Part shown: positions 17,700 through 27,380 of the stretch, one piece after another
Layout: each line of letters opens with the position of its first letter
How positions within the stretch are numbered: position 1 is the stretch's first letter
Source: a virus
Lineage: Duplodnaviria; Caudoviricetes
Length of the DNA stretch: 31,659 nucleotides
Strand: one strand, 5' to 3'
Virus record (IMG/VR): IMGVR_UViG_3300048599_000205
Span: 1-31,659 of that record
Position numbers and translations under genes: made by a program
The notes under the pieces: model-generated
Databases searched by the model: none
What the model was told of the DNA's origin: nothing
The model's input: only the letters and a program-made list of their open reading frames with translations

Positions 17700-17974
17700 C
17701 CGAACAGGATGTCGCGTCACTACTCCGCGCGACTCGCAAGGCCGTCGTGGCAGTCCGCCACGACCTAACCGCAGCACTCGAGACGTTGCGAGCGCACGAG
17801 CTCGCCGGGTTCGGTGGGCTATCCACCGACCGAGCTCGCGCGGTCGAACAACAGGTACTCGAGTCTGACCTGATTATCCGCGACATCGCCGGAGTGTTGT
17901 TCGTCGCCGACGGACCGAGCGAGCACACGCCGAATATCATCCAGGAGTTCGTTGCCAAGTGGGGGTCGCGGTAA
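17696..17974 (+). CDS. Hypothetical early protein
   Basis: GGAGG RBS and ATGA overlap; helical 92-aa product. Confidence 0.7.
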   Translation: MTEQDVASLLRATRKAVVAVRHDLTAALETLRAHELAGFGGLSTDRARAVEQQVLESDLIIRDIAGVLFVADGPSEHTPNIIQEFVAKWGSR

Positions 17975-18369
17975 TGACCGAATCATCACGCATTAGGTTG
18001 GCGAACGCCTCCGAGCTCGCTGAGCACCGCGCGTACCTACAGCGGAAGCGGGAGCAATACCAGGTCGAGTATGATCAATGGTCTCGAGCTCGACACATTC
18101 GCTTGCGCACAATTGCGCGTACCCAATCCACGCCGGGCACGCATAGCCACCAAGGACAAGAGACTCGAATCGTTCCGCATACGGAGCCGGAACAAGGAAT
18201 GTCCGCGTTTCCGTTCCGTTGTACTCGATGTGCGTCATCAGCAATGTGTCAAGGAGCTCAGTGCAACGTAACTGCAACCGACGACATACCGCAGGACCAA
18301 AGTCTACGAGCTGACGACGCAGAATCGCCTCGGGTGGTTCACCGCGCAGCCCCCGGAGGCGCCAAATGA
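17974..18369 (+). CDS. Hypothetical early protein with Cys cluster (CTRC...C...C)
   Basis: TAATG coupling upstream and ATGA coupling to the transposase. Confidence 0.6.
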   Translation: MTESSRIRLANASELAEHRAYLQRKREQYQVEYDQWSRARHIRLRTIARTQSTPGTHSHQGQETRIVPHTEPEQGMSAFPFRCTRCASSAMCQGAQCNVTATDDIPQDQSLRADDAESPRVVHRAAPGGAK

Positions 18370-20495
18370 GGTCGCGCATAGCGTCGTTCCACTCGCAAGC
18401 CGTCGCTGGCGTTGCCAGTTCAGACGTAGGGGTCGTTGCGGCCAATTTGAGTCTAGATAATTCGTCGCAAAGATCCTGTAGCTCAACAACCGACCAGTCC
18501 CAAGGGGCAACGAATTCGTCCGAAGCCATGAGTGACCCTTCAAGTTCCGTCATTCGTGCATCGTACTCATCCACCGAGCTCGCCGCCATGAACCTTCCCG
18601 GAGTACCGCGCAGCTCGCGGCTCGTAAGGCTCAAGGCCCGGCGTCTCGGATGGGTGAGCGAGCTACGTCGTCGCGCCGACGGCCCTGCCGAGCGCGTCTT
18701 CCCGTTGGCTACTCTACCGGCTGCGGCTCAGGCAGCCCTCATCCGTTGTCAGTCGTCCGCCGAAGCGACGACTCCTACCGAACGGGCTAACGAGGCGACA
18801 CCACCCGTACCTGACGCGTACCATCGAGCAGCGAGCGAGCGCGCTCGTCTCGTCGAGCTAGCACGACGGTATATGAGCCAGGGGCTCTCGACGATGCGAG
18901 CGTACGAGGAGGCTGTATCCGGTACGGACTATTCGGCGCGGACGCTTCGCCGTTGGGAGTCACTCGTCAGAGGGTTGCAACGCGCCGAATGGGAGTCGGT
19001 CCTACTGCCGCGCGGTGGCGAGCCTGCGAACGTGGCTGATTGCCACCCCGACGCGTGGGAGTACATCAAGAGCGACTACCTACGAGCGTCGAAGCCGGCG
19101 TGGTCCGCGTGTTATCGACGACTGTTATCAGTAGCGGCTCACCAAGGTTGGTCGCCAATACCTCACGAGCGCACGCTACGCCGTCGGCTAGAGGCCGAGG
19201 TACCAGCGACGGCTATCGTGTACCACCGAGAGGGTCGCGAGGCGGTCAGTAATCTCTTTCCGTCGCAGGAACGCGACCGCGCGGTGTTCGTCGCTGGGCA
19301 GGCGGTCAACGCCGACGGTCACCGCTTCGACGTGATGGTATCGTGGCCTGACGGACAAACTGAGCGACCCATCCTCGTCGGATTCCAGGACGTCTATTCG
19401 GGGAAGCTGCTGTCATGGGCAATCGATCGCACAGAGACGGCTGACCTCGTACGTCGAGCCGCGGGTGACCTGTGTGCCAAATGGGGGATCCCGGACACTT
19501 GCTATTTCGACAACGGTCGTGCGTTCGCCGCCAAGACCAACACAGGCGGCACTCGGACACGCTATCGCTTCAGCCGTGACACCGCCGAGGCGGCACGCGG
19601 TACCCTCATCCAGCTCGGTATCACTATACGGTGGACGAAGCCATATAGTGGGAGAAGCAAGCCGATCGAACGCGCGTGGCGTGACCTTTGCGAACAGATC
19701 GCGAAGCATCCAGCGTGCGCTGGCGCCTACACCGGTAACTCGCCGTGTACTAAGCCGCACGATTACGGCACCAGGGCTATCCCGATTGCCGAGTTCTACC
19801 AGCTCGTCGCAGCACAAATCGCCGAACACAATGCTCGCGATGGTCGCACGGCCCGAGTGTGCGCCGGTAGGTCATTCGACGCGACGTTCGCCGAGAGCTA
19901 CGCACAGAGCGTACCGAGACGACTGTCTGAAGCGCAGCACCGCATCCTGTTCTTGGCATCCACGACGGTCACGGTACGCAAATCTGACGGCTGCATCCAC
20001 CTGTTCAACAATCGTTACTGGGGCGACGGCTGCAAGAGTCTCCGCGGAGCCGAGGTCGTCGTGCGCTACGACTCAACGCACCTATACGACGGGCTGTATG
20101 TGTACTTACCGGACGGCGAATACGTCTGCCATGCGCCCATCCAGGAGCGCACCGGCTTCAATGACCAACGGGCAGCACGAGCACATGAGAAGGCACGGCG
20201 TACATTCGTACGAGCAGAGAAGCGAGTCGCCGACGCCGCCAAAACGTTCGAGGATGCCGAACTAGCTCGCCTGCATCTCGAGTCACAGGGCGTCGTATCG
20301 ACCCCTACAGCTCCGACGACCAACGTGGTTCGAGCCGCCTTCGGTGTCGGTCAATCACCGGCAGTGGTCCCGCCCAAGGTTGAACCGACGCGCGAAGAGC
20401 GTGCTCGAGCTGTCGCGGGCGACAATCTCATCCTCGACGTCGGTAACGTTGCGCGCCACGGGCTGCAACGTCGACGCTCCGCAGTCAACGACTAA
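18366..20495 (+). CDS. A: Mu-type DDE transposase (MuA)
   Basis: Mu HTH (YS..ELA..NLPG.P.S...ARR.GW); catalytic motifs NADGH, FDNGRAF and SKPIERAWRDL; Mu-type C-terminal domain. Start could instead be 18529. Confidence 0.95.
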   Translation: MRSRIASFHSQAVAGVASSDVGVVAANLSLDNSSQRSCSSTTDQSQGATNSSEAMSDPSSSVIRASYSSTELAAMNLPGVPRSSRLVRLKARRLGWVSELRRRADGPAERVFPLATLPAAAQAALIRCQSSAEATTPTERANEATPPVPDAYHRAASERARLVELARRYMSQGLSTMRAYEEAVSGTDYSARTLRRWESLVRGLQRAEWESVLLPRGGEPANVADCHPDAWEYIKSDYLRASKPAWSACYRRLLSVAAHQGWSPIPHERTLRRRLEAEVPATAIVYHREGREAVSNLFPSQERDRAVFVAGQAVNADGHRFDVMVSWPDGQTERPILVGFQDVYSGKLLSWAIDRTETADLVRRAAGDLCAKWGIPDTCYFDNGRAFAAKTNTGGTRTRYRFSRDTAEAARGTLIQLGITIRWTKPYSGRSKPIERAWRDLCEQIAKHPACAGAYTGNSPCTKPHDYGTRAIPIAEFYQLVAAQIAEHNARDGRTARVCAGRSFDATFAESYAQSVPRRLSEAQHRILFLASTTVTVRKSDGCIHLFNNRYWGDGCKSLRGAEVVVRYDSTHLYDGLYVYLPDGEYVCHAPIQERTGFNDQRAARAHEKARRTFVRAEKRVADAAKTFEDAELARLHLESQGVVSTPTAPTTNVVRAAFGVGQSPAVVPPKVEPTREERARAVAGDNLILDVGNVARHGLQRRRSAVND

Positions 20496-20552
20496 CTAGT
20501 AAACGGCACACGTCGCAGAAGACGACGTGTGCCCCTCACACACAGGAACTCA

Positions 20553-21530
20553 ATGTCTGAGCAAGCTCAATCTAGCGCACCCGTATCGAACGTCCAGCAA
20601 ATGACCACAACTCGCGAAACCTTGAGTCTGCAGGAACGGATCCAAACCGCCATGCAGCAGGACGGGCTGAGTATCCGGCAAATGGCTGACCTTCTCAATG
20701 TCGACAGCCACCCGATCGTAAGTCGTTGGCTCAAGGGAGCCAACGTCGAAAGTCAGGAAGCGCTCGAGACGGCGGCCACGCAGTGGCTCGAGCGGCGGCA
20801 GCGTCTACTCGAGACCATGGCGCCCGCTGACCGTGAGGCGTTCGTCGAGACGGCGTCGAGCGAGAAGATCCTCTCGGCTCTCGCGTACGCACAGACCTAC
20901 CACGACATGGTGAGCATCTACGGCGGGCCCGGCGTCGGTAAGACTCGCACTATCCACTGGTACCGGTCGCAGTACGACGAGGTCTGGATTGCCACGGCGA
21001 CACCGGCCACGGCGGCGGTCGTGCCGGCACTCGAGGAAGTGGCCGAGTCGCTCGGCATCCAAGACCCGGCAGGCGGCGCACGACGTATCGCCCGGCAAAT
21101 CCGCGCGAAGGTCCGTGGCACGGCTGGGCTCCTGATCATCGACGAAGCTCAGCACCTATCGATGGCGGCCATCGAGGAGTTGCGGAGCATCCACGACGTA
21201 ACCAAGGTCGGGCTAGCCCTCGTCGGTAACGAGACGAGCTACGCACGTATCGCGAGCGGTAACCGTGCAGCCAACTTCGCTCAGATCAATTCTCGACTCG
21301 GCCTCAAGCTATTCCTCCGGCGCCCCACGAAGGGCGACGTCACTGCCGTAGCTGGACACTGGCGAGTCACCGACGACGAGTCACTGAAGCTACTCGAGCG
21401 CGTCTCTCAACGACCGGGGGCGCTGCGCAGCGTCGTAAAGGTACTGCGACTCGCCGGTGCAGGCACCGCAAAAGCACTCACATTTGACCGCATCCGTGCG
21501 GCCGTCGACAACCTAGGAGCAGACGCGTAA
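20553..21530 (+). CDS. B: MuB-like AAA+ transposition/target-capture ATPase
   Basis: N-terminal HTH; Walker A GGPGVGKT; Walker B LLIIDEAQHL; ELRSIHD and LVGNE motifs. Confidence 0.95.
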   Translation: MSEQAQSSAPVSNVQQMTTTRETLSLQERIQTAMQQDGLSIRQMADLLNVDSHPIVSRWLKGANVESQEALETAATQWLERRQRLLETMAPADREAFVETASSEKILSALAYAQTYHDMVSIYGGPGVGKTRTIHWYRSQYDEVWIATATPATAAVVPALEEVAESLGIQDPAGGARRIARQIRAKVRGTAGLLIIDEAQHLSMAAIEELRSIHDVTKVGLALVGNETSYARIASGNRAANFAQINSRLGLKLFLRRPTKGDVTAVAGHWRVTDDESLKLLERVSQRPGALRSVVKVLRLAGAGTAKALTFDRIRAAVDNLGADA

Positions 21531-22177
21531 TGACGACAGAACCCGAAATGATGACCGACGCACGAGGTCGGTTCGTCCCTATCAGTCACATCAAGCCGGT
21601 CGACTTACTTCGCGACCGTACGGTGCGCGAGCTCGTCGCTGAAGCGGTTCGAGTGAGCGCGATGCTTGGCGACCTGAAGAACAAGCTAAACGAAGACCTC
21701 GATGCGTTCCTCACTCTCAGCGACGAGCAGTACGGCGCATCGAAGGGCGGCGTCAAAGGCAACCTGCAGCTCGTGTCGTACGACGGGCTACTGAAGGTCA
21801 CCCGCCAAATCAGTGACCACATACAGTTCGACGAGCGGTTGCAGGCTGCGAAGAAACTCATCGACGAATGCGTTATCGAGTGGTCTCGCACCGCCGACGA
21901 CAAGGTTCGAATCCTTGTGCAGCACGCCTTTCAAACGGACCGCCTGGGTCGCATCTCGACGGAACGAGTACTCGGACTACGTAAGCTCGCAATTACCGAC
22001 GAGAAGTGGCAGGCAGCAATGGCCGCAATCAGCGACTCGGTACAGGTGGTCGGGTCAACCGCTTACCTGCGATTCTATCGACGCGACTCGCCAACCGCCG
22101 AGTGGGATCCTATCCCGCTTGACCTGACCAACGCTCGCCCGACCACGCAGGGTGATACCGATGAGCGCCGCGACTGA
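21530..22177 (+). CDS. DUF3164-family protein of transposable phages
   Basis: DARGR.VP...IKP.DLLRD, GG.KGN..L.SYDG, FDERLQAAK.LIDEC and Y.RFY.R motifs. Confidence 0.9.
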   Translation: MTTEPEMMTDARGRFVPISHIKPVDLLRDRTVRELVAEAVRVSAMLGDLKNKLNEDLDAFLTLSDEQYGASKGGVKGNLQLVSYDGLLKVTRQISDHIQFDERLQAAKKLIDECVIEWSRTADDKVRILVQHAFQTDRLGRISTERVLGLRKLAITDEKWQAAMAAISDSVQVVGSTAYLRFYRRDSPTAEWDPIPLDLTNARPTTQGDTDERRD

Positions 22178-22439
22178 CGAAGCGGCGGCGCGCCTAACGA
22201 CGGGCGTCCAAATCGCGGCCAACGACCTGATGATTGAGCCGCGAGCACTCGTCGAGGCGCTCAAGCGAGCTGGCATCATCGACGCGGTCCGTCGCCTCAC
22301 ACTCTCACGCGTCGCAGACACAGTGACCAAACGGGCGGATACGTTTGGTCCGAGTAGCCCCATCCGAAACGAACTCATCTCCCTAGTCACGAGCTTACGT
22401 AACGCAGAAAGCACCCCCCATTATGGCCGTAAATACTAG
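22161..22439 (+). CDS. Hypothetical protein
   Basis: Fills the operon gap and overlaps both neighbours; GGTG upstream of ATG 22161. Confidence 0.6.
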   Translation: MSAATDEAAARLTTGVQIAANDLMIEPRALVEALKRAGIIDAVRRLTLSRVADTVTKRADTFGPSSPIRNELISLVTSLRNAESTPHYGRKY

Positions 22440-22962
22440 TGCAGCAGATACGACAATCGACAGCCTCCGCGGTATCGTCAACTTCGCGAACATTGCCACC
22501 GCCGCCCACCAAGACGGCGACGCACTGACGGTCGAACACTCGATGCGACAGCTACTCGAGCTAGCGTTTCGAGTCTTGGAGGCTCACCACATTGATACGA
22601 CCGTCGTGAGACCGACGGACGTACCAGCGCCAGAGCGCACGTCGGTCGACAACGTTCCTCCGCTGACCTTCCAGGAGCCAGTCGACCGCTATACGATATT
22701 AACGCGCGCCGGGCAGGCACTCGAGTCGCGCAACAGTGCGCACGGTCCGCTCGAGCCGTGCTTCCGCCGCACGGCGCAACTGTGGTCGACGCTACTGAGT
22801 ACCGACGTCTACCCGGAGCAGGTCGCAGCGTGCATGATCGCGTTCAAGCTCTCGCGGTTGTGTTTCTCGCCGGACCATGTCGACTCATGGGTCGACGTGG
22901 CTGGTTATGGGGCAATCGGTGCCGAGCTCGGTACGAGACCGATCCCAACGGAGGCAGCATGA
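22423..22962 (+). CDS. DUF6378-domain protein with extra N-terminal helical region
   Basis: C-terminal R...HG....F.R.A.LWS......VA.CM..FKLSR......DSWVDVAGY motif. Confidence 0.8.
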   Translation: MAVNTSAADTTIDSLRGIVNFANIATAAHQDGDALTVEHSMRQLLELAFRVLEAHHIDTTVVRPTDVPAPERTSVDNVPPLTFQEPVDRYTILTRAGQALESRNSAHGPLEPCFRRTAQLWSTLLSTDVYPEQVAACMIAFKLSRLCFSPDHVDSWVDVAGYGAIGAELGTRPIPTEAA

Positions 22963-23429
22963 CCAACACATCTGGACGACTATCGCGACAAGCGTTGCTC
23001 GCTCAGATCCACATCGGGCAGAAAGCGCTCGGGCTCGATGACGACACCTATCACGACATGCTCGAGGCAACGATAGGTAAGGACTCGGCTGCCACCATGA
23101 CGGTCGTCGAGTTGCAGCGGGTCGTCGACCACATGCGCGAGCTCGGGTGGCAGAACGAGCGGGCCGCGGCTGCGAAAGCTCCACGGCCATGGCGACCGAG
23201 CGATAAGCGCCACGTGCGCAAGGTCTGGGCACTGTGGGGAGCAATGGCTCGCGAGGGTTCGCTCCGCGACGGTTCGAAGCAAGCGTGTCGTCTCTTCGTC
23301 GAGCGAATGACCGACTGTAGTGACCCGGAGTGGCTCACGCCGGACCAGGCCAACAAGGTCATCGAGGGACTGAAGGCGATCGAGCGACGGCACACAAGCC
23401 AACAAGCGAAGCAACGGACGGCAACATGA
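22959..23429 (+). CDS. gemA: GemA / Mu gp16 (DUF1018) family protein
   Basis: LAQIHIGQKALGLDDDTY..ML...GK.S, K..ALW and QANKVIEGLK motifs; GGAGG RBS, ATG 22959. Confidence 0.92.
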   Translation: MTNTSGRLSRQALLAQIHIGQKALGLDDDTYHDMLEATIGKDSAATMTVVELQRVVDHMRELGWQNERAAAAKAPRPWRPSDKRHVRKVWALWGAMAREGSLRDGSKQACRLFVERMTDCSDPEWLTPDQANKVIEGLKAIERRHTSQQAKQRTAT

Positions 23430-23848
23430 CAGACGCCAACCTCGTCGACACTGAGCACTGTCTCGAGGATTGGCCCCCGATGCTGCGAGCCATCGCCGTC
23501 AGCATCGGGGTCGAGGGTGCGTTACTGCTCGTCTCGAGTCTCGGTGGACTCGAGTACTACATCCCGCGCAACGCGACTGAGCAACATCCACTATCTCAGT
23601 TGCTCGGGTACGAACGGTTCCGCGCGCTCATGACGAGCCACGGAGGAATTCGCATCGCTATCCCACGTGACCCGTACGCCCATCTCGCTAAGGGTCGCGT
23701 CATAGCGATGCTCGAGGCACGCGTAGATCCACGCACCATCGCTCGTGAGTGCCAGGTGACTCAGAGATACGTGCGCCGCGTGGCGGCGCTGGTAGGGTTG
23801 TCGGTGCCGGCACCTATCGATCCTAGACAGATGCGGTTCGATTTCTGA
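23426..23848 (+). CDS. mor: Mor/C-family late transcription activator
   Basis: P..LRAIA..IG.EGAL.L...LGG..YYIP, GG..I.IP and C-terminal HTH (IARECQVTQRYVRR); follows gemA. Confidence 0.85.
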   Translation: MTDANLVDTEHCLEDWPPMLRAIAVSIGVEGALLLVSSLGGLEYYIPRNATEQHPLSQLLGYERFRALMTSHGGIRIAIPRDPYAHLAKGRVIAMLEARVDPRTIARECQVTQRYVRRVAALVGLSVPAPIDPRQMRFDF

Positions 23849-23878
23849 TAGAGTGCGTTCGACTTGCCACGCGATAGC

Positions 23879-23923
23879 GTGGACCTGTGCCGCGTAGTAA
23901 CGAGAGGTCAAAGGGAGCACGGT
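23879..23923 (+). promoter_or_regulatory. Putative late promoter 1 for the packaging/lysis operon
   Basis: GTGGACCTGTGCCG (23879-92), 25 nt, CACGGT (23918-23), 7 nt, GTG start. Confidence 0.65.
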
Positions 23924-23930
23924 TCCAACC

Positions 23931-24239
23931 GTGGAAAACGTCCCTTGGCCTCTCGTTGCATTACTCGTCAGTGTCGTACTGACAGCTGTTATCGGCATCT
24001 ATGCTTGGATTGCCGGTATCCGCTCGGGTCTCGATGCCCGCCTGGGAAAGAATGAGCAGACCATCGCGGTCATCGCAGAGCGTGTCGAGCACCTGCCGAC
24101 GTCTCGCGAGGTGACCGAGATGACGGCCGCAATCCAACGGCTGACGGTTGAGATGGCTGGTGTCATCAAATCGTTGGACGGGCTCGCTCATCGACTCGAT
24201 CTGCACGAGGAGTGGTTCCAACGGGGAGCAGCGTCGTGA
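23931..24239 (+). CDS. DUF2730-like membrane-anchored coiled-coil protein (Mu gp25-like)
   Basis: N-terminal TM, VEHLPT..EV motif, coiled coil; precedes gp26. Confidence 0.75.
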   Translation: MENVPWPLVALLVSVVLTAVIGIYAWIAGIRSGLDARLGKNEQTIAVIAERVEHLPTSREVTEMTAAIQRLTVEMAGVIKSLDGLAHRLDLHEEWFQRGAAS

Positions 24240-24550
24240 CGCTCGACGACGTACTCGCCTCTGACCGTCGGCTCGTCATTCTTCGGTCACTCGCTGACCA
24301 GAACTTCGAGCTCAACGACTCGGTACTACAGGTAGTACTCGACGAGTTTGGTCACAACGTCAGTCGCGACGTCGTACGGACTGAACTCTCTTGGCTCGCC
24401 GAGCAGGGATTAGTGACGCTCGAGGACGTCGGCAAAGGTCGCGTCATCGTGGCCACACTCACGGAGCGCGGTGGAGATGTAGCCGCCGGGCGGGCAAAGG
24501 TGCCGGGCGTGCGTCGACCGAGCGCGGGGCGGCCGAGTCCACATGCCTAA
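24236..24550 (+). CDS. Mu gp26-like winged-helix protein
   Basis: DRRLVILRSL...NDSVL...G...SRD.VRTELSWLAEQGLV...LTERG.DVA.GRA.VPGV.RP; GTG 24236. Confidence 0.92.
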   Translation: MTLDDVLASDRRLVILRSLADQNFELNDSVLQVVLDEFGHNVSRDVVRTELSWLAEQGLVTLEDVGKGRVIVATLTERGGDVAAGRAKVPGVRRPSAGRPSPHA

Positions 24551-25076
24551 GCGTCGACCACTTCAGGATCTAGATCCTGCCATCAAGGCGGAGCTCGATC
24601 GGTTACTCACTGATGGTCGGCACACCATCAGGCAGGTTACGGACCACCTGCGTGGTCTAGGCGCGACCGTGAGCAAGAGTGCAGTCGGCCGCTACTCAGT
24701 AGACTTCGAACACGCAGCAGAGAGCGTCCGTTACGCGCGTGAGATGGCCGTCGCCCTCGGTAAAGAGGTTGGCGCGTCACTCAACACCGACACCGGTCGT
24801 GTCACTATCGAACTGCTGCATGGGCAGCTCCTAAAGCTCATCGTTCAACTGTCGAGGGACGATTCGGTCGACCCCGAGGCGATGCTGCAACTCTCGAGGT
24901 CTATCTACCAGCTCGAGAAGTCGACCGAGGTCAACACGTCGACCGTATTCAAGATCCGAGAGCAGGCGCTCAAGGACGCCGCTAACGCAGCCGAAGAAGC
25001 CGCAACAAGCGAGGGGCTCAGCTCGGCGACCATTAGCGCCATCAAGAGTCGAATCTTGGGGGTGAAGGAATCATGA
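24543..25076 (+). CDS. Mu gp27 (DUF3486) putative terminase small subunit
   Basis: SKSAVGRY motif and C-terminal GLS..TI.AI..RILG. Confidence 0.9.
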   Translation: MPKRRPLQDLDPAIKAELDRLLTDGRHTIRQVTDHLRGLGATVSKSAVGRYSVDFEHAAESVRYAREMAVALGKEVGASLNTDTGRVTIELLHGQLLKLIVQLSRDDSVDPEAMLQLSRSIYQLEKSTEVNTSTVFKIREQALKDAANAAEEAATSEGLSSATISAIKSRILGVKES

Positions 25077-25858
25077 CCATGCTCGCACTCGAAGCGCGCC
25101 GCACGTTGGCGCTTGCGTACCTCGATATCGCGACTAACGGCACGTCAGGACGCCACGAAGGCGACCCTATCTACATTGCTGTGACCGAAGCTCGCGACAC
25201 GGGTAAGGCTTACTCGTCGTGCGGCGACCTAGCTCACTGGTTACTGTATCGACTCGGACTACGGTGCGACTGGCTCAATCGCGCGGAGGGTCTCAACTAC
25301 CGTGCCGGTCGGAACATCTCCAAACTCGCGTTTAGCTGCCCGGTGGCACGCGGTCCGAAGGACGGCGAGCTCTATTCGCCGGGCGACGTGCTCCTGGTCT
25401 GGAACCGACCTGACGGGACTGACGCTCACGCGATAGTAGTGAGCCACCACTGCTCGACGAATCTCGAGACCGCGGAATACGGACAACCAGGCGGGGCGCG
25501 ACGCAATCATACGATAGTCAGTGGCCGCATCGGAGCCCGACGGATCCAACGGGTCATACCGCTCGAGGACGCGCTTCAGTCAGCCGAGGCAAGTGCACAA
25601 CTCGTCGAGCCGCAATCAATCGAGTCGTGGCTGAAGCTGACCGACGTGCGACCAGAGATGTTACCGCGGCTACAACGCGGGACACGTAGCGCGTACGTCC
25701 TGCTCGCTCAGTCGTTCTTACGAGTAATGATTGATGGCGAGTACGGCGCGAACACCATCAGAGCGGTCCAGCGACTGCAGACGAACTCCGGGCTTCCGGC
25801 GACCGGCATCATAGACCTAGCGACGTGGTCAGCTTTGTTACGCAAGGCGCCGCAATGA
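25073..25858 (+). CDS. Putative endolysin: NlpC/P60-CHAP-like Cys/His domain plus C-terminal peptidoglycan-binding domain
   Basis: SCGDL...PGDVLLV...HAIVV...TAEYGQ papain-like pattern; C-terminal L.RG...DGEYGANT..AV..LQ...GL..TGI.D..TW..L. Confidence 0.7.
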   Translation: MTMLALEARRTLALAYLDIATNGTSGRHEGDPIYIAVTEARDTGKAYSSCGDLAHWLLYRLGLRCDWLNRAEGLNYRAGRNISKLAFSCPVARGPKDGELYSPGDVLLVWNRPDGTDAHAIVVSHHCSTNLETAEYGQPGGARRNHTIVSGRIGARRIQRVIPLEDALQSAEASAQLVEPQSIESWLKLTDVRPEMLPRLQRGTRSAYVLLAQSFLRVMIDGEYGANTIRAVQRLQTNSGLPATGIIDLATWSALLRKAPQ

Positions 25859-27366
25859 CCGAGGAGCTGCCCGACTCAGTGTTCCTGAGTTACCAGCAGG
25901 AACTATTAGGCCTAATCGCCAATAACCCGGTGACCGTCGTCGAGAAGTCGCGCCGCATTGGTGCGACCTGGGCCGTAGCCGCCGACGCCGTACTTCGCTC
26001 GTCTGTCACTCGCCCACACGGCGGGATGCACACCTTTTATCTCGGGTTCAACAAGGACATGACCCGAGAGTTCATCGACGAGTGCGCTCGGTGGGCCAAA
26101 GAGTTTTTACGCGTCGCGGTCGAGGTCCAAGAGTTTCTGTTCAAGGACCAGGTCAACGGTGGTGAAGATAAGGACATCCTTGCGTTCAGGATCACCTTCG
26201 CGAGCGGTTACTCGATTACTGCCCTTTGCAGCCGACCGCGTAGTCTTCGTGGCCGTCAAGGGTACGTCATCATCGACGAGGCCGCCTTCCACGACGAGTT
26301 AGCCGAGCTGCTCAAGGCGGCGATGGCTCTGCTCATCTGGGGTGGCAAGGTGCTCATCATCTCGACCCACGATGGGGTCGATAACCCGTTCAACCAACTA
26401 GTAGAGGACTGCCGGGCGGGTCGAAAGAAGTATGCCCTACTGCGCTGTACGTTCGACGACGCTGTTGCGCAGGGGCTATATCGTCGCGTCTGTCTGCGGC
26501 TCGGTACTGAGTGGACCAAAGAGGCCGAGCTCTCATGGTCCAAAGAGATACGTGACTTCTACGGTGACGGAGCCGCCGAGGAACTCGATTGCATCCCGCG
26601 ACAGAGCGGCGGTCGTTACCTGCCTCGGACACTGCTCGAGGGCCGCGTTACCGATGCGAAGGTACTACGGTGGTCGCTCCCTGATTCGTTCGTCGACCGC
26701 GGCGAGGACGATAGATATCAGGCGTGTCTCGACTGGTGCACTGACAACCTCGAGCCTGAGCTCCAACGGATTGCCGGCGCCGGGCGCTCCGCCCTCGGCG
26801 AGGACTTTGGTCGTAGCGGTGACTTGACCGTCCTGTGGCCAGTAGTGGTCGAGTCCGACCTGCGACGAGTCACACCCTTCGTCGTCGAATTGCGCAACGT
26901 GCCCTTTCGCCAACAGGAACAGGTGCTCTTCTACCTAGTCGACCACCTGCCGCGGTGCTCCGGTGTCGCGCTCGACGCACGAGGCAACGGCCAATATCTC
27001 GCGGAGGTCACTCGCCAGAAGTACGGCGCCGAGATGGTCGCCGAGGTAATGCTCACCGAGGGATGGTACCGCGAGCACATGCCCAAGATTCGGGCAGCGC
27101 TCGAGGACGACGCCTTCTCGCTGCCGCGAGACGCCGAAATCGTAGACGACTTCCACTCACTCGAGGTCGTCAAGGGTGTCGCTCGTCCGCCTGAGAAGTC
27201 GCGTCAGACACCAACAGGCCAACGGCACGCCGACTCAGCGGTCGCCGGAGCGATGGCTCTATTTGCAAGCTCAGAGATTGAGTCCGGTCCGCTCGAGTTC
27301 TCGGTCACGGGCGGCGCAGTCTCAGATGGGGCGTTCGGTGGTGCACTCCCGCACTACGGGTACTGA
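25855..27366 (+). CDS. Terminase large subunit, Mu gp28 family
   Basis: EKSRRIGATW, IIDEAAFH, IISTH.G..N.F, G.DFGRSGDLT, DARGNG and HADSAVA motifs; ATG 25855. Confidence 0.95.
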   Translation: MTEELPDSVFLSYQQELLGLIANNPVTVVEKSRRIGATWAVAADAVLRSSVTRPHGGMHTFYLGFNKDMTREFIDECARWAKEFLRVAVEVQEFLFKDQVNGGEDKDILAFRITFASGYSITALCSRPRSLRGRQGYVIIDEAAFHDELAELLKAAMALLIWGGKVLIISTHDGVDNPFNQLVEDCRAGRKKYALLRCTFDDAVAQGLYRRVCLRLGTEWTKEAELSWSKEIRDFYGDGAAEELDCIPRQSGGRYLPRTLLEGRVTDAKVLRWSLPDSFVDRGEDDRYQACLDWCTDNLEPELQRIAGAGRSALGEDFGRSGDLTVLWPVVVESDLRRVTPFVVELRNVPFRQQEQVLFYLVDHLPRCSGVALDARGNGQYLAEVTRQKYGAEMVAEVMLTEGWYREHMPKIRAALEDDAFSLPRDAEIVDDFHSLEVVKGVARPPEKSRQTPTGQRHADSAVAGAMALFASSEIESGPLEFSVTGGAVSDGAFGGALPHYGY

Positions 27367-27380
27367 TGAAAGGAGATAGT

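Noticed and set aside
17993-18634. 213-aa minus-strand ORF
   Set aside because: Antisense to translationally coupled early genes and the transposase start; no family motif.
19465-20265. 266-aa alternative-frame ORF inside the transposase
   Set aside because: Shadow ORF typical of GC-rich DNA; low-information Arg/Ser/Pro/Thr composition.
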